In this document: piece by piece, positions 46,553 through 57,123 of the stretch
Numbering within the stretch: position 1 is the stretch's first letter
How the letters are laid out: the number at the start of each line of letters is the position of its first letter
Source of the DNA: Erythrobacter sp. SCN 62-14
GTDB lineage: Bacteria > Pseudomonadota > Alphaproteobacteria > Sphingomonadales > Sphingomonadaceae
Reading direction: 5' to 3'
Assembly: GCA_001724215.1 (NCBI GenBank)
Contig: MEDW01000001.1
Coordinates: 64,725 to 128,724, forward strand
Length of the DNA stretch: 64,000 bases
The notes under the pieces: generated by a model
Seen by the model: only the letters and a program-made list of their open reading frames with translations
Database searches by the model: none
What the model was told of the DNA's origin: nothing
Made by a program: the position numbers and the translations under genes

Positions 46553-47941
46553 TCAGGCAGCCACCGGCGCCGCGCGCTGCTCGCTGATCCATTGCGCAAG
46601 ATCGGCCTTGGCGCGGGAGGTGTAGGCTTCTTTGCGCTGTTTCTTGCCGACGTCATGCAGGGGCGGGAACAGCCCGAAATTGACGTTCATCGGCTGGAAG
46701 GTGTCGGCGGCGGCATCGCCGGTGATATGGCTGAGGAGCGCTCCCAAGGCTGTGGTGGCGGGCAGGGGACGCCAAGCGCGCCCTTGCAATTCCGCCGCTG
46801 TCATGAGCCCTGCGACAAGGCCGATTGCGGCGCTTTCGACATAGCCTTCACAGCCTGTCACTTGCCCGGCAAAGCGGATATGCGGCGCGGCCTTCAGCCG
46901 CAATTGGCGATCCAGCACCTCAGGTGAATTGAGGAAGGTGTTGCGATGCAGGCCGCCAAGCCGCGCGAATTCGGCGTTTTCCAGCCCTGGAATGGTGCGG
47001 AACAGCTCAACCTGCGCTGCGTATTTCAGCTTGGTCTGGAAACCCACCATGTTCCACAAAGTGCCCAGCTTGTTGTCCTGCCGCAGTTGCACCACCGCAT
47101 AGGGCCAGCGCCCCTGTGGAAACTCGGGTGAGGTGTCGAAGGGATTATCCAGCCCCACGCCCTTCATCGGGCCATAGCGCAGGGTTTCAACGCCGCGTTC
47201 GGCCATCACCTCGATCGGCATACAGCCATCGAAATAGGGCGTGTCCTTTTCCCACTCCTTGAACTCGCCTTTCTCGCCTTCGATCAGCCCCCGGTGAAAG
47301 GCGAGATATTGCTCCTTCGTCATCGGGCAATTGATGTAATCGCCGCCTTCGTTGCTGGCCTCGGTGCGCTTGTTCCAGCGCGACTGGATCCAGCATTTGC
47401 TCATATCGATGCTGTCGCGATAGACGATGGGCGCAATCGCATCGAAGAAGGCGAGGCGTTCAGCGCCGGTCGCGCGCACGATGCTTCCCGCGAGCGCCTC
47501 TGCGGTCAGCGGGCCAGTGGCAACAATCGTCAGGCCCGCTGCGGGCAGGGCGTCCACCCGTTCGCGCACGATGGTGATGTTGGGGTGGCTGGAGAGCGCC
47601 TTTTCAACTTCGGCTGAGAACACATCGCGGTCCACCGCCATGGCGCTGCCCGCAGGCACGCGCGCCACATGGCCGGCGCGCATGATCAGGCTATCCAGCG
47701 CGCGCATTTCATGGTGCAGCAAGCCAACCGCGTTCTTGGTGTCATCATCCGAGCGAAAGGAATTGGAACACACCAGTTCGGCCAATCCGTCGGTTTGGTG
47801 GGCGGGTGTCATCTCGCCGCTGCCGCGCATTTCCGACAGGCGCACGCGGACGCCAGCTTGCGCCAGCTGCCATGCCGCCTCGCTGCCTGCGAGGCCGCCG
47901 CCAATTATGTGCACATCATGGGTTGGGCTGTTTGCGATCAT
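46553..47941 (-). CDS. trmFO: Folate/FAD-dependent tRNA m5U54 methyltransferase TrmFO (Gid)
   Basis: [48 protein letters not shown]. Confidence 0.97.
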   Translation of the reverse strand: MIANSPTHDVHIIGGGLAGSEAAWQLAQAGVRVRLSEMRGSGEMTPAHQTDGLAELVCSNSFRSDDDTKNAVGLLHHEMRALDSLIMRAGHVARVPAGSAMAVDRDVFSAEVEKALSSHPNITIVRERVDALPAAGLTIVATGPLTAEALAGSIVRATGAERLAFFDAIAPIVYRDSIDMSKCWIQSRWNKRTEASNEGGDYINCPMTKEQYLAFHRGLIEGEKGEFKEWEKDTPYFDGCMPIEVMAERGVETLRYGPMKGVGLDNPFDTSPEFPQGRWPYAVVQLRQDNKLGTLWNMVGFQTKLKYAAQVELFRTIPGLENAEFARLGGLHRNTFLNSPEVLDRQLRLKAAPHIRFAGQVTGCEGYVESAAIGLVAGLMTAAELQGRAWRPLPATTALGALLSHITGDAAADTFQPMNVNFGLFPPLHDVGKKQRKEAYTSRAKADLAQWISEQRAAPVAA

Positions 47942-48018
47942 GGCGAGCGAGGTAATTGCGTGTTAGTAGCTGCGCAAGGTTTTAGCGTGCACCGGGCGAA
48001 AGGGGAGGGCGGCACACC

Positions 48019-48675
48019 ATGGCAAAACAGGCGCTGATCGAACACCGCCCGTGGCTTTTGGCAAGCGTGACGGCGGCTGTTGCGTTCTATTTCCTCAGCG
48101 ACAATCCGGTCTTTGAAGGCACCTGGGGGTTGATCGCCAAGGGCGCTTCGGTGGGCCTGCTTGCAGCCTATGCGCTGCAACGCGCAGGAGGCACGCTTGA
48201 CGGGGCGATTTTCGTGCTGGCGCTCGCGTTATCGGCGGCAGGCGACATGGTGCTGGAGCTCGATTTCAACTCAGGCGGCGCGTTGTTCTTTGCCTCGCAT
48301 CTGGTGGCGGTGGTGTTTTATCTGCGCCAGCGGCGCAAAGCCCCAACGCCAAGCCAGAAGCTGCTGGCGGGCGCATTGCTGCTGGGCACCCCGCTGGTCA
48401 GCTATCTCCTCAGTCTGAAACCCGAGATCGCGCTCTATTCGCTGGCGCTTGGCGCAATGGCAGCGGCGGCGTGGATGAGCCGTTTCCCGCGCTACCGCGT
48501 GGGCACGGGCGCGGTTTTGTTCATCCTGAGCGACTGGCTGATTTTTTCGCGCATGGGCCCGATCAGCCTCGAACCCGCGCCGAGCATCCTCATCTGGCCG
48601 CTCTATTACGCAGGCCAGTTGATGATTGCCACCGGCGTGGTGCAGACCTTACGCGGAGAACGCCCCGTCAGGTGA
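48019..48675 (+). CDS. YhhN/lysoplasmalogenase family membrane protein
   Basis: ALALSAAGD, FFASHL, GAVLFILSD, IWPLYYAGQ motifs; about 8 TM helices. Confidence 0.87.
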   Translation: MAKQALIEHRPWLLASVTAAVAFYFLSDNPVFEGTWGLIAKGASVGLLAAYALQRAGGTLDGAIFVLALALSAAGDMVLELDFNSGGALFFASHLVAVVFYLRQRRKAPTPSQKLLAGALLLGTPLVSYLLSLKPEIALYSLALGAMAAAAWMSRFPRYRVGTGAVLFILSDWLIFSRMGPISLEPAPSILIWPLYYAGQLMIATGVVQTLRGERPVR

Positions 48676-51436
48676 CGGGGGTCTCCGCTGCGGGCGCCTC
48701 GCCCTCTACCTCGTCGCTGTCTGCCCCTTCGATTAGCGCTGCGCCGACGATGTGTTCGCCCTTGGCCACATCGAAAATGCGCACACCCGACGAACCGCGA
48801 CCGGAAATGGCAAAGCCCTTGAGGCTTTCAAAGCCGCCGGGGATGAGGTGGCGGAAATCAATCCCCAGCCGGATCAGCTTGGCCTGATCGGTCACCAGCA
48901 TCAGTTGTGATCCGTGATGCACCGCAAAGCTGGCGACGACTGGCCCGTTGCGTTCCGGATTGCTTTCCGGCGCGCCGATATTGGTGATGCCCTGACCGCC
49001 CCGGCCAATGGTGCGATATTCATAGGCTGAAGAAATCTTGCCATAGCCGTTGGCGGTGATGGTGAGGATGAATTCTTCAGCCTCAGCCATCGCCTCTTGC
49101 TGTTCAGCGGGCAGGGTGGGGGCGTTTTCGTTGTTCTTCCACGCCGCCGCGCGCAGGTAAGCTTCGCGTGTTTCCATGTCGGCGGTGAGGGGATCGAGCA
49201 CCGCAAGGCTCACCACCTTGCCGCCTTTCTTCAGGCTCATGCCGCGCACGCCAATGCCGGTGCGGCTCTTGGTTTCGCGCGCGTCGGTGGCGGAAAAGCG
49301 GATCGCCTTGCCGCTGTCAGACGCGAGGAAAATCTCCTGATCTTCGCGCAAGAGCTTGACCCCGATCAGCCGGTCGCCCGAGCCTTCGACAAAGCCCATC
49401 GCATATTTGCCCGCCGCCGGAATATTGGCAAAGGCATCCATCGAATTGCGCCGCACCATGCCCTGCTCGGTTGCGAACACGATGTTGAGGCTCGCCCATT
49501 CGGCCTCATCCTCAGGCAGCGGCAGCACATTGGTGACGCGTTCTTCGGCGGCCAGCGGCAGGAGGTTGACCATCGGGCGGCCCTTGGTCGTCGGCCCGCC
49601 TTCGGGCAGCTTCCACACCTTCATGCGGTAAACACGGCCCGTATTGGTGAAGAACAGAACCGGATTATGCGTGCTGGTGACGAACAACTCGACAATCGCG
49701 TCCTCGTCCTTGGTCGCCATGCCAGAGCGGCCCTTGCCGCCGCGTGCCTGCGCGCGGAAGGTGTTGAGCGCTGTGCGCTTGATATAGCCATCATGGGTGA
49801 CAGTGACGACCATCTCCTCACGCTCGATCAGGTCTTCATCTTCCAGCCCATCCCATGCCGGCGCGATTTCTGAGAGGCGCGGGGTAGCATAGGTCGCCCT
49901 TATTTCCGCCAGTTCCTCGCGCATGACGGCATAAAGCTTCACGCGGTCGGCAAGGATCGAAAGATACTCCTCGATTGCAAGGGCGAGTTCTTTCAACTCA
50001 TCGCCAATCTCATCACGGCCCAGCGCGGTGAGGCGGTGGAGGCGCAGTTCGAGGATCGCCTTCACCTGCCGTTCCGACAGGCGATAGGTGCCGCCGCTTT
50101 CATCAGCAGATGGCTCAATCGCTTCGACAAGGCGAATATATTGCGCAATATCGCCAATCGGCCATTCCTTGGCGAGCAAGCGCGCGCGGGCCTCGGCGGG
50201 GTTGGCCGCGCTGCGGATCATCGCGACGACTTCATCAAGGTTGGACACCGCCACCACAAGGCCGAGCAACAGGTGCGCGCGTTCGCGGGCCTTGGAGAGT
50301 TCGAATTTGGTGCGCCGCGTGATGACTTCTTCGCGGAAGGTGATGAAGCTGGAGATGATATCGCGCAGGGTGAGCACTTCGGGCCGCCCGCCGCGGATCG
50401 CCAGCATATTGGCCGGGAAAGACGATTGCGCAGGCGTGTGCCGCCAGATCTGGTTGAGCACCACATCGGCGGTGGCATCGCGCTTCAACTCGATCACCAC
50501 GCGCACGCCCTCGCGCGAGGATTCGTCGCGAATGTCGGAAATGCCCTCGATACGCTTTTCCTTGGCGGCATCGGCGATTTTTTCGACCAGGTTGGATTTG
50601 CCCACCTGATAGGGGATCGAGGTGAAGATGATCGACTGGCGATCATTGCGCCCCGTCTCAATCTCGTGACGACAGCGCATCAGGATCGAGCCGCGCCCGG
50701 TGGTGTAGGCTTGGCGTGCGCCATGCGTGCCCAAGATCAGCGGCGCTGTCGGGAAATCGGGGCCGGGGATGTATTGGATCAGCTCTTCCGAAGTAATCGC
50801 CGGATTGTCCATATAGGCAAAACAGGCGTCGATCACTTCGCCAAGGTTATGCGGCGGCACATTGGTCGCCATGCCAACCGCAATCCCGCCTGCGCCATTG
50901 ACCAGCAGGTTGGGAAAGCGCGCGGGCAGCACCACCGGCTCCTGCCGCGAGCCGTCATAGTTTTCCTGAAAATCGACGGTGTCCTTGTCGAGATCATCAA
51001 GCAGGCTGTTCGCCACCCGTGCCAGCCGCGCTTCGGTGTAACGCATCGAGGCTGGCGGATCGGGGTCCATGCTGCCGAAATTGCCTTGCCCGTCGATCAG
51101 CGGCACGCGCATCGACCAGTCCTGCGTCATCCGCGCAAGCGCATCATAGATCGCAGAATCGCCGTGCGGGTGATAGTTACCCATCACATCGCCGACGATC
51201 TTGGCGCTCTTGCGATAGGGGCGGCCTGCAACAAAGCCGCCTTCCTGACTGGCGAACAGAATGCGGCGGTGCACCGGCTTCAACCCGTCACGCACATCGG
51301 GCAGCGCGCGGGAGACAATCACGCTCATCGCATAGTCGAGATAGCTCGACTTCATTTCATCGACGATGTCGATGCGCTCAAAGCCGCCCATCGGGGCAGG
51401 GGCAGGGGAATCGATGATGTCGCTGTCGTCGCTCAA
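48668..51436 (-). CDS. gyrA: DNA gyrase subunit A
   Basis: [15 protein letters not shown], catalytic MRYTEARL, GyrA-box QARGGKG, C-terminal pinwheel repeats; TTG start. Confidence 0.98.
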   Translation of the reverse strand: MSDDSDIIDSPAPAPMGGFERIDIVDEMKSSYLDYAMSVIVSRALPDVRDGLKPVHRRILFASQEGGFVAGRPYRKSAKIVGDVMGNYHPHGDSAIYDALARMTQDWSMRVPLIDGQGNFGSMDPDPPASMRYTEARLARVANSLLDDLDKDTVDFQENYDGSRQEPVVLPARFPNLLVNGAGGIAVGMATNVPPHNLGEVIDACFAYMDNPAITSEELIQYIPGPDFPTAPLILGTHGARQAYTTGRGSILMRCRHEIETGRNDRQSIIFTSIPYQVGKSNLVEKIADAAKEKRIEGISDIRDESSREGVRVVIELKRDATADVVLNQIWRHTPAQSSFPANMLAIRGGRPEVLTLRDIISSFITFREEVITRRTKFELSKARERAHLLLGLVVAVSNLDEVVAMIRSAANPAEARARLLAKEWPIGDIAQYIRLVEAIEPSADESGGTYRLSERQVKAILELRLHRLTALGRDEIGDELKELALAIEEYLSILADRVKLYAVMREELAEIRATYATPRLSEIAPAWDGLEDEDLIEREEMVVTVTHDGYIKRTALNTFRAQARGGKGRSGMATKDEDAIVELFVTSTHNPVLFFTNTGRVYRMKVWKLPEGGPTTKGRPMVNLLPLAAEERVTNVLPLPEDEAEWASLNIVFATEQGMVRRNSMDAFANIPAAGKYAMGFVEGSGDRLIGVKLLREDQEIFLASDSGKAIRFSATDARETKSRTGIGVRGMSLKKGGKVVSLAVLDPLTADMETREAYLRAAAWKNNENAPTLPAEQQEAMAEAEEFILTITANGYGKISSAYEYRTIGRGGQGITNIGAPESNPERNGPVVASFAVHHGSQLMLVTDQAKLIRLGIDFRHLIPGGFESLKGFAISGRGSSGVRIFDVAKGEHIVGAALIEGADSDEVEGEAPAAETPVT

Positions 51437-51768
51437 GGTTCAGGCCGTTTCGCTAGAGATGGGCGCGCGCAAACAAGGCGCACGAGTTAAAGCCTCAATG
51501 TAGGCGTGCGCGCTTCATTGCGCCATAAGCGAAGCGGAACATCCCGGCAACATGAGGCTATTTTTCCACATTTCCCGGCCTTTCACCGGAAGGGCCTGCG
51601 TGCAGGCTCCATTCAAAGCCTGTTCAGCCCGGCTTGCCTAGTGCCAATTGCAAATCGGCTGTCATCAGTTCAATAGCAGCCCATCCGGAACGCGTCACGG
51701 CAATGCTCGGGGCAGGCCCCGTGGTGCGATCCTACCTTACGATATCAAATTCTGGGAGAAACCGAGTT

Positions 51769-53112
51769 ATGACTTTGCCCGTCACCCCCCAACGCGCCAA
51801 TCTCCTTGTGCGCAGTGGCCGTCACCTTGCCCTGGCGATCGCCTTGGCTGCTGGCACCGCCGTGGTTGGCACTTTCGGTTTTGCGGACACCGCCTATGCG
51901 CAAAAGAAGCAAAAGGGCGGGGGCAAGGCCGAGTATTCGCGCGAATTTGTTGCAGCCTATCAACCGCTCGATGCAGCTGTAAAGGCCGAGGGCGCTGATA
52001 TTCCTGCGCTCAAGCCGCAGCTTGATGCAATTGCCGCCATGGCCCAGTCCCCGGCAGAACGCGCCATGGCCGGCGTGCTGGTGCTTAATGCGGGCATCAT
52101 CAGCAAGGATCAGACCTTGCAATTGCAGGGCCTCGACATGGCGCTGAAAAGTGGCAACCTCACACCCGAAGAGAACGCGCGTTTCAATTTCCTAGCCTAT
52201 CAGACCGCCGCCAATCTGGAACAGTATGGCCCGGCGCGTGGCTATCTGCTCGCCGCGATCGAGGGCAATTTTACCGCTGAAAACATCACCGCAAGCGATC
52301 TGATCTACTCCGAAGCGCGGCTCGACATGTCCGAGGGCAATCACCGCCAAGGCCTGAAGACCCTCGCCCGTGCGATCGAGGCGCGCAAGGCTGCCGGTCT
52401 GGAAGTGCCCGCTGGATGGTATGGAACCGGGATCCGTGCCGGGCTGGATAATGAACTTGTGCCCGATATCTACGATTTCATGGAAATCTGGATTGCCAAT
52501 AACCCGACAAAATTGGTGTGGCGCGATGCCGTCAACATTGTTCGCCGTCTCAACAATTTTGAAGATCGCGGGTCGGAAGACATCATGCTGGACCTGATGC
52601 GTCTGTCGCGCGATGTGGGCACGCTTGATAGTGGTCAGGACTACTTGCTCTATGTCGAGGTTGCCCGTGCGGCCCGTTATCCGCAGGAAGTCAAGGATCT
52701 GATCGACAAGGGCTATGCCACAGGTAAGGTGGATCGGTCGGATCAATGGGTGACCGAACAATTGCGCGTCGCGGAAAAGGGCATTGCCTTTGACCGCGCC
52801 GAATTGGCCAAGGATGTCGCCAACGCCGAAAAGCCGACTGCAACCAGTCAACAGGTGCTCGGCGTGGCGCGTACCCTGCTGAGCTATGGCCAGTATGAGA
52901 AGGCCGCGAGCTTCTTTGCCCGCGCGCTGGAAATGCCTGATGCGCCGCGCGGCGAAGTGTTGCAGCGCCTCGGCATGGCGCAGGTTGGCATGGGTGATTA
53001 CGCCGCAGCCATTGAAACCTTCGGCAAGATCAACGATGCGCGCGCTCCGTTGGCAAAGCTGTGGGCGGCCTATGCGACCCAGCGCAAGAACGGTGTCGAA
53101 ATCACCGGCTGA
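51769..53112 (+). CDS. Secreted tetratricopeptide-repeat protein
   Basis: GGAG SD, long signal peptide ending AYA, helical repeats; C-terminal TPRs (GQYEKAASFF, LGMAQVGMGDYAAAIETF). Confidence 0.8.
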   Translation: MTLPVTPQRANLLVRSGRHLALAIALAAGTAVVGTFGFADTAYAQKKQKGGGKAEYSREFVAAYQPLDAAVKAEGADIPALKPQLDAIAAMAQSPAERAMAGVLVLNAGIISKDQTLQLQGLDMALKSGNLTPEENARFNFLAYQTAANLEQYGPARGYLLAAIEGNFTAENITASDLIYSEARLDMSEGNHRQGLKTLARAIEARKAAGLEVPAGWYGTGIRAGLDNELVPDIYDFMEIWIANNPTKLVWRDAVNIVRRLNNFEDRGSEDIMLDLMRLSRDVGTLDSGQDYLLYVEVARAARYPQEVKDLIDKGYATGKVDRSDQWVTEQLRVAEKGIAFDRAELAKDVANAEKPTATSQQVLGVARTLLSYGQYEKAASFFARALEMPDAPRGEVLQRLGMAQVGMGDYAAAIETFGKINDARAPLAKLWAAYATQRKNGVEITG

Positions 53113-53131
53113 TCGCCAGATCATGTCTTAC

Positions 53132-53173
53132 GCGCGCCCGGTTGGCCCCGTGCCAGCCGGGCGCGCTGCTTTT
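53132..53173. terminator. Intrinsic terminator between convergent TPR and sbtB genes
   Basis: 15-bp stem GCGCGCCCGGTTGGC / GCCAGCCGGGCGCGC (one G-U pair), 5-nt loop, followed by TGCTTTT. Confidence 0.75.
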
Positions 53174-53192
53174 GGGCACAGCGAAAGGCTCG

Positions 53193-53498
53193 CTAGAAAT
53201 GCTCCCCCCTGAGCACTTCGATATCCCACATTGAAAACAGCATCTTGTGGCTGGTGAGCAGTGGTGCAAGCGCTTCGGCCAGCGTGTGCGCCTTGGCCTC
53301 AGGCGCGATGGTGACGATCAGTGACTTGTCGGTGACAATCAAGCTGTCGCCGCGCCATTCGCCGTGGTGCCCCTTGCCGGCAGAGAGCGCGATCACGCTC
53401 CAGCCGATGATCCCTGCCTCCTCGATCGCGTCCGTCACCAAGCGCTGCAAAGGCGCATCAGCGAGAATTTCGATCCGCTTGCGGATAATGGTCTGCAT
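53193..53498 (-). CDS. sbtB: PII-like SbtB family regulator
   Basis: KRIEI, G...W...GKG, short T-loop, C-terminal EVLRGEHF; 12 bp downstream of sbtA with a GGAGG SD. Confidence 0.85.
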   Translation of the reverse strand: MQTIIRKRIEILADAPLQRLVTDAIEEAGIIGWSVIALSAGKGHHGEWRGDSLIVTDKSLIVTIAPEAKAHTLAEALAPLLTSHKMLFSMWDIEVLRGEHF

Positions 53499-53510
53499 GT
53501 TTCCCCCCTC

Positions 53511-54509
53511 CTAGCTCGCCAGCCATCCAGCAAGCGTCGTCATCAGCCCGATATTGATGATAATATTAAACGGGAAGGTGATCGAGAGTGACATGGTCAG
53601 ATAAATCCCCGGATCCGCTTCGGGCACAGCCATGCGAATGGCGGCAGGCACCGCGATGTAGCTGGCGCTGGCGCATAGCACAGCAAAGGCCGCAGCAGAG
53701 CCTGCATCAAGCCCGATCGCCGTGGCGGCAAGCGCACCCAGTGTGCCATTGATCAAAGGTATCGCAACAGCCAGCGCCACCAGCCGAAGCGTCATCGTCT
53801 GCGATGCAAGCAGGCGGCGCGCTGCGACAAGACCCATATCCAGCAGGAACAGACACAAGACGCCGCGAAACCCTGCCTCGAACATTGGGCGCACTTCGTC
53901 ATAGCCTTCAGGACCTGCGATCAACCCAATCACCAGAGCGCCGATCAGAAGCACCACCGAAGCGTTGAAAAACACTTCGTGGAGCATACCGCCGGTGCCC
54001 GCTGCCGCGCCGCGCGCGCGCGCAGTCGCTGTGGTGCCGGACTGTTTTTGCCCCATCCGCACCAGCAGGATCCCGGCAAGGATTGCGGGCGTTTCCATTA
54101 CGGCCAGCACCGCCACCATGTATCCTGCCAATTGCATGCCGCTGGCGGTGATGATTTCGCTGGCGGTTACGAATGTCACCACACTGACTGAACCGTAATG
54201 GGCCGCAACCGCACCTGCATTGGTTTGATCCAGTTTGCCGAACCATCGCAGCAGGCCATAGGCTGGCAAAGGCAGCAGAAAACTCGCCGCAACACCGATG
54301 CCAAGAGCCGCCAGGGCGTCGAGGCCCGCGCCTGATTTGGCCAGCGCTACCCCGCCTTTAAGGCCAATCGCGATCATCAGATAGATGCTCATCGCTTTGG
54401 CAATGGGTTCAGGGATGGTGAGATCCGAGCGCGCAACAGCGGCCAGCAGACCCAGCACAAAAAACAGAATGACCGGTGAGGTCAGAGTGGCAAGGGCCGC
54501 AGATTGCAT
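53511..54509 (-). CDS. sbtA: SbtA family sodium-dependent bicarbonate permease
   Basis: SPVILFFVLG, SDLTIP, YLMIAIGLKGG, HYGSVSVVTF, METPAI, FLLDMG, ASASYIAVPAA, SLSITFPFNI. Confidence 0.93.
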   Translation of the reverse strand: MQSAALATLTSPVILFFVLGLLAAVARSDLTIPEPIAKAMSIYLMIAIGLKGGVALAKSGAGLDALAALGIGVAASFLLPLPAYGLLRWFGKLDQTNAGAVAAHYGSVSVVTFVTASEIITASGMQLAGYMVAVLAVMETPAILAGILLVRMGQKQSGTTATARARGAAAGTGGMLHEVFFNASVVLLIGALVIGLIAGPEGYDEVRPMFEAGFRGVLCLFLLDMGLVAARRLLASQTMTLRLVALAVAIPLINGTLGALAATAIGLDAGSAAAFAVLCASASYIAVPAAIRMAVPEADPGIYLTMSLSITFPFNIIINIGLMTTLAGWLAS

Positions 54510-54624
54510 GGTTTTTGTGCGATAATCCCCCCGCAGGCCGCGCGCAAGCACCGCAAGAGCGCTTGCCTTTTTTGGTAAGGCTGAGGCGTTGCCAGAGCGC
54601 ACCTGCGCCCTTACATGAGAGGCC

Positions 54625-55578
54625 ATGAACGATCTCGCCAGCACCCCGCAGCCTCAAGAGACGCCCGAGCGTCCCGCCCGCCAGCGCAAGCCCGACTGGA
54701 TTCGTGTGCGCGCGCCGGTGAGTGAGGGGTATCACGAAACCCGCAAGCTGATGCGCGAACTTAACTTGCACACTGTCTGCGAGGAAGCAGCTTGCCCCAA
54801 TATCGGCGAATGCTGGACGAAAAAACACGCGACGGTGATGATCCTCGGCGATGTCTGCACGCGGGCCTGCGCGTTTTGTAATGTCAAAACCGGAATGCCG
54901 CGCGCCGTCGATCCGCTGGAGCCGGAACACACCGCGATTGCAGCGGCCAAGATGGGACTTGAACACATCGTCATCACCAGTGTTGATCGCGATGATCTGC
55001 CCGATGGTGGGGCGAGCCAGTTCGTCAAGGTGATCGAGGCGCTGCGCCGCACTACGCCCAAGACCACCATCGAAATCCTCACCCCCGATTTTCGCGGCAA
55101 GATGCGCCGCGCGGTGGAGATGATCTGCGAGGCGGGGCCGGATGTGTACAACCACAATCTCGAAACCGTCCCGCGGCTCTATCCCACAATCCGCCCCGGT
55201 GCGCGTTATTATGCCTCGCTGCGGCTGCTCGAAGAGGTGAAGGCGCATAATCCGCTGATCTTCACCAAGTCAGGGATCATGCTGGGGCTGGGCGAACAGC
55301 GCCTCGAAGTCCATCAGGTGATGGACGACATGCGCTCTGCTGAAGTCGATTTCATCACCATGGGGCAATATCTCCAGCCCACACCCAAGCACGCGGCGGT
55401 GGAAGAATTCGTCACTCCCAAGGCCTTTGACGCCTATGGCGCGATTGCGCGGGCCAAGGGCTTTCTTCAGGTCGCCTCCAGCCCGCTGACGCGTTCGAGC
55501 TATCACGCAGGCGACGATTTTGCGAAAATGCGCGCCGCGCGTGAGGAAAAGCTCGCGCGGGAGCAGGCACGCGCCTAA
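54625..55578 (+). CDS. lipA: Lipoyl synthase
   Basis: [38 protein letters not shown]. Confidence 0.98.
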   Translation: MNDLASTPQPQETPERPARQRKPDWIRVRAPVSEGYHETRKLMRELNLHTVCEEAACPNIGECWTKKHATVMILGDVCTRACAFCNVKTGMPRAVDPLEPEHTAIAAAKMGLEHIVITSVDRDDLPDGGASQFVKVIEALRRTTPKTTIEILTPDFRGKMRRAVEMICEAGPDVYNHNLETVPRLYPTIRPGARYYASLRLLEEVKAHNPLIFTKSGIMLGLGEQRLEVHQVMDDMRSAEVDFITMGQYLQPTPKHAAVEEFVTPKAFDAYGAIARAKGFLQVASSPLTRSSYHAGDDFAKMRAAREEKLAREQARA

Positions 55579-56039
55579 TGCCCGGCATCCGCGAAACCCG
55601 CCGCCTGCCATACAGCGCCGAACAGATGTTCGATCTGGTCGCCGATGTGGGCCGCTATGGCGAATTCCTGCCATGGGTGGTGGCAACGCGGGTGCGTTCC
55701 AACAGCGAGACCGAAATGGTCGCCGATATGGTGGTGGGCTTCAAAAGCTTGCGTGAAAGCTTCACCTCGCGCGTCAAGAAAACCCGCCCGCTGGAGATCG
55801 ATGTCCACTATGTCGATGGGCCGCTGTCCGACCTCGACAATGTCTGGACATTTCGCGCGGTCGACGATCACACCTGCGAGATCGATTTCCTCGTCGAGTT
55901 CACCTTCAAGAACCGCCTGTTTGAACGCATTGCCGGGCAATATTTCGACAAGGCTTTCCGCAAGATGGTGGAAGCCTTCGAGAACCGCGCCGCCCAGCTT
56001 TACGGCAGCAGCAATTCAAGCGCGCAAAGCGTTGCCTGA
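55578..56039 (+). CDS. ratA: START-domain Coq10/RatA(PasT) family protein
   Basis: YSAEQMFDLVADV..Y.EFLPW, GFK, ESFTSRV, GP...L.N.W.F, AFE.RA; start overlaps the lipA stop. Confidence 0.88.
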   Translation: MPGIRETRRLPYSAEQMFDLVADVGRYGEFLPWVVATRVRSNSETEMVADMVVGFKSLRESFTSRVKKTRPLEIDVHYVDGPLSDLDNVWTFRAVDDHTCEIDFLVEFTFKNRLFERIAGQYFDKAFRKMVEAFENRAAQLYGSSNSSAQSVA

Positions 56040-56512
56040 TGGCGAATAATGGCGCGGCCATCGGGCCCGTCGCCGCCGTCGAAGAATTTGAGCTCGCCCT
56101 CGGGCTCGCCATCGGAATTTCTCACCACGCGGGCAAACACCACAGTGCCAACCGGCTTTAACGCCGTCCCGCCGCCGGGGCCGGCCACGCCGCTGATTGC
56201 AATGGCCACATCGGCCCTGGAACGATCCAGCGCGCCCTTGGCCATCGACCATGCGCAGGCAATCGAAACCGCGCCGAAGGTGTCGATAATATCCTGCGCA
56301 ACGCCCAGCATTTCCATCTTGGCTTCGTTCGAATAGGTTACAAAGCCGCGATCGAGCACGGCAGAAGACCCAGCGATTTCGGTCAGCGCGCCTGCCACCA
56401 GCCCGCCAGTGCAGCTTTCCGCGACAGCAACCTTGCGGCCCTGAGCAATATTGTCCTGCACCACGCGCTCAGCCAGCGCGGCGATATCTGCTGGAACGAG
56501 ATGAAGCGCCAT
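56000..56512 (-). CDS. cinA: CinA C-terminal domain / NMN deamidase (PncC-like)
   Basis: AVAESCTGG, GFVTYSNEAK, GAVS, SGVAGPGGG, KPVGTV. Confidence 0.9.
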   Translation of the reverse strand: MALHLVPADIAALAERVVQDNIAQGRKVAVAESCTGGLVAGALTEIAGSSAVLDRGFVTYSNEAKMEMLGVAQDIIDTFGAVSIACAWSMAKGALDRSRADVAIAISGVAGPGGGTALKPVGTVVFARVVRNSDGEPEGELKFFDGGDGPDGRAIIRHQATLCALELLLP

Positions 56513-56524
56513 GTCGTGAACCTC

Positions 56525-57106
56525 TCAGCGCTTTTTCTTGGGCAGATCGGCCGGGCAAATCGCCGGATTGCCCAGATCAACCAGTTCCAGCACAAAGCCC
56601 ATGAGGCCAGCAACATTCTCCACCGGCAGCGGGCTGACCAATTCCATGCCGCGCTCGATCTTGCCGCAGGACGAAGGCTTGATCTCCTTGGCAATCATCT
56701 GGCCGACGAGCCCATCGACAAACGGCCTGAGGCTTGCCTCGGGCAAGGACTGGGCCATGGCAAGCAGATCAATGTCATTCTTCGAAGCATTGCCGTTCTG
56801 CTCGGCCAGCGCCAGTTTCAGCGTGCGGAAAGCGCCCGGCCAAGCCCCGTTCTGGCGCGCGCGAAAACTGCCGATGAAACGTTCGCCTTGTCCTGCAAAG
56901 AAGCTTTGGTTGTTGAATTGCCCGGCACAGGCAACGCGGGCCGCGTCATAGGCGATCGGCATGACATAGATCATGGTGTCGGTAAGGTCGGCAGGCGCAA
57001 CGCAGTTCCGGGCCTGCGCGGCCTGAGCCGCAGGCGCCTGTGCCAGCGCGGCGATGGCAAGCAAGGGGGCAAGCGAGCGCTTCAAGGTTATGGGGGCCAA
57101 ACTCAT
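56525..57106 (-). CDS. Secreted hypothetical protein (four Cys)
   Basis: AGGA SD, signal peptide ending AQA, plausible helical mature part. Confidence 0.72.
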   Translation of the reverse strand: MSLAPITLKRSLAPLLAIAALAQAPAAQAAQARNCVAPADLTDTMIYVMPIAYDAARVACAGQFNNQSFFAGQGERFIGSFRARQNGAWPGAFRTLKLALAEQNGNASKNDIDLLAMAQSLPEASLRPFVDGLVGQMIAKEIKPSSCGKIERGMELVSPLPVENVAGLMGFVLELVDLGNPAICPADLPKKKR

Positions 57107-57123
57107 ACAAGAACGTCCTTTTG

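Noticed and set aside
55578-56039. Type II toxin-antitoxin module
   Set aside because: There is no RatB/antitoxin neighbour; the START fold and lipA linkage fit a Coq10-like role.
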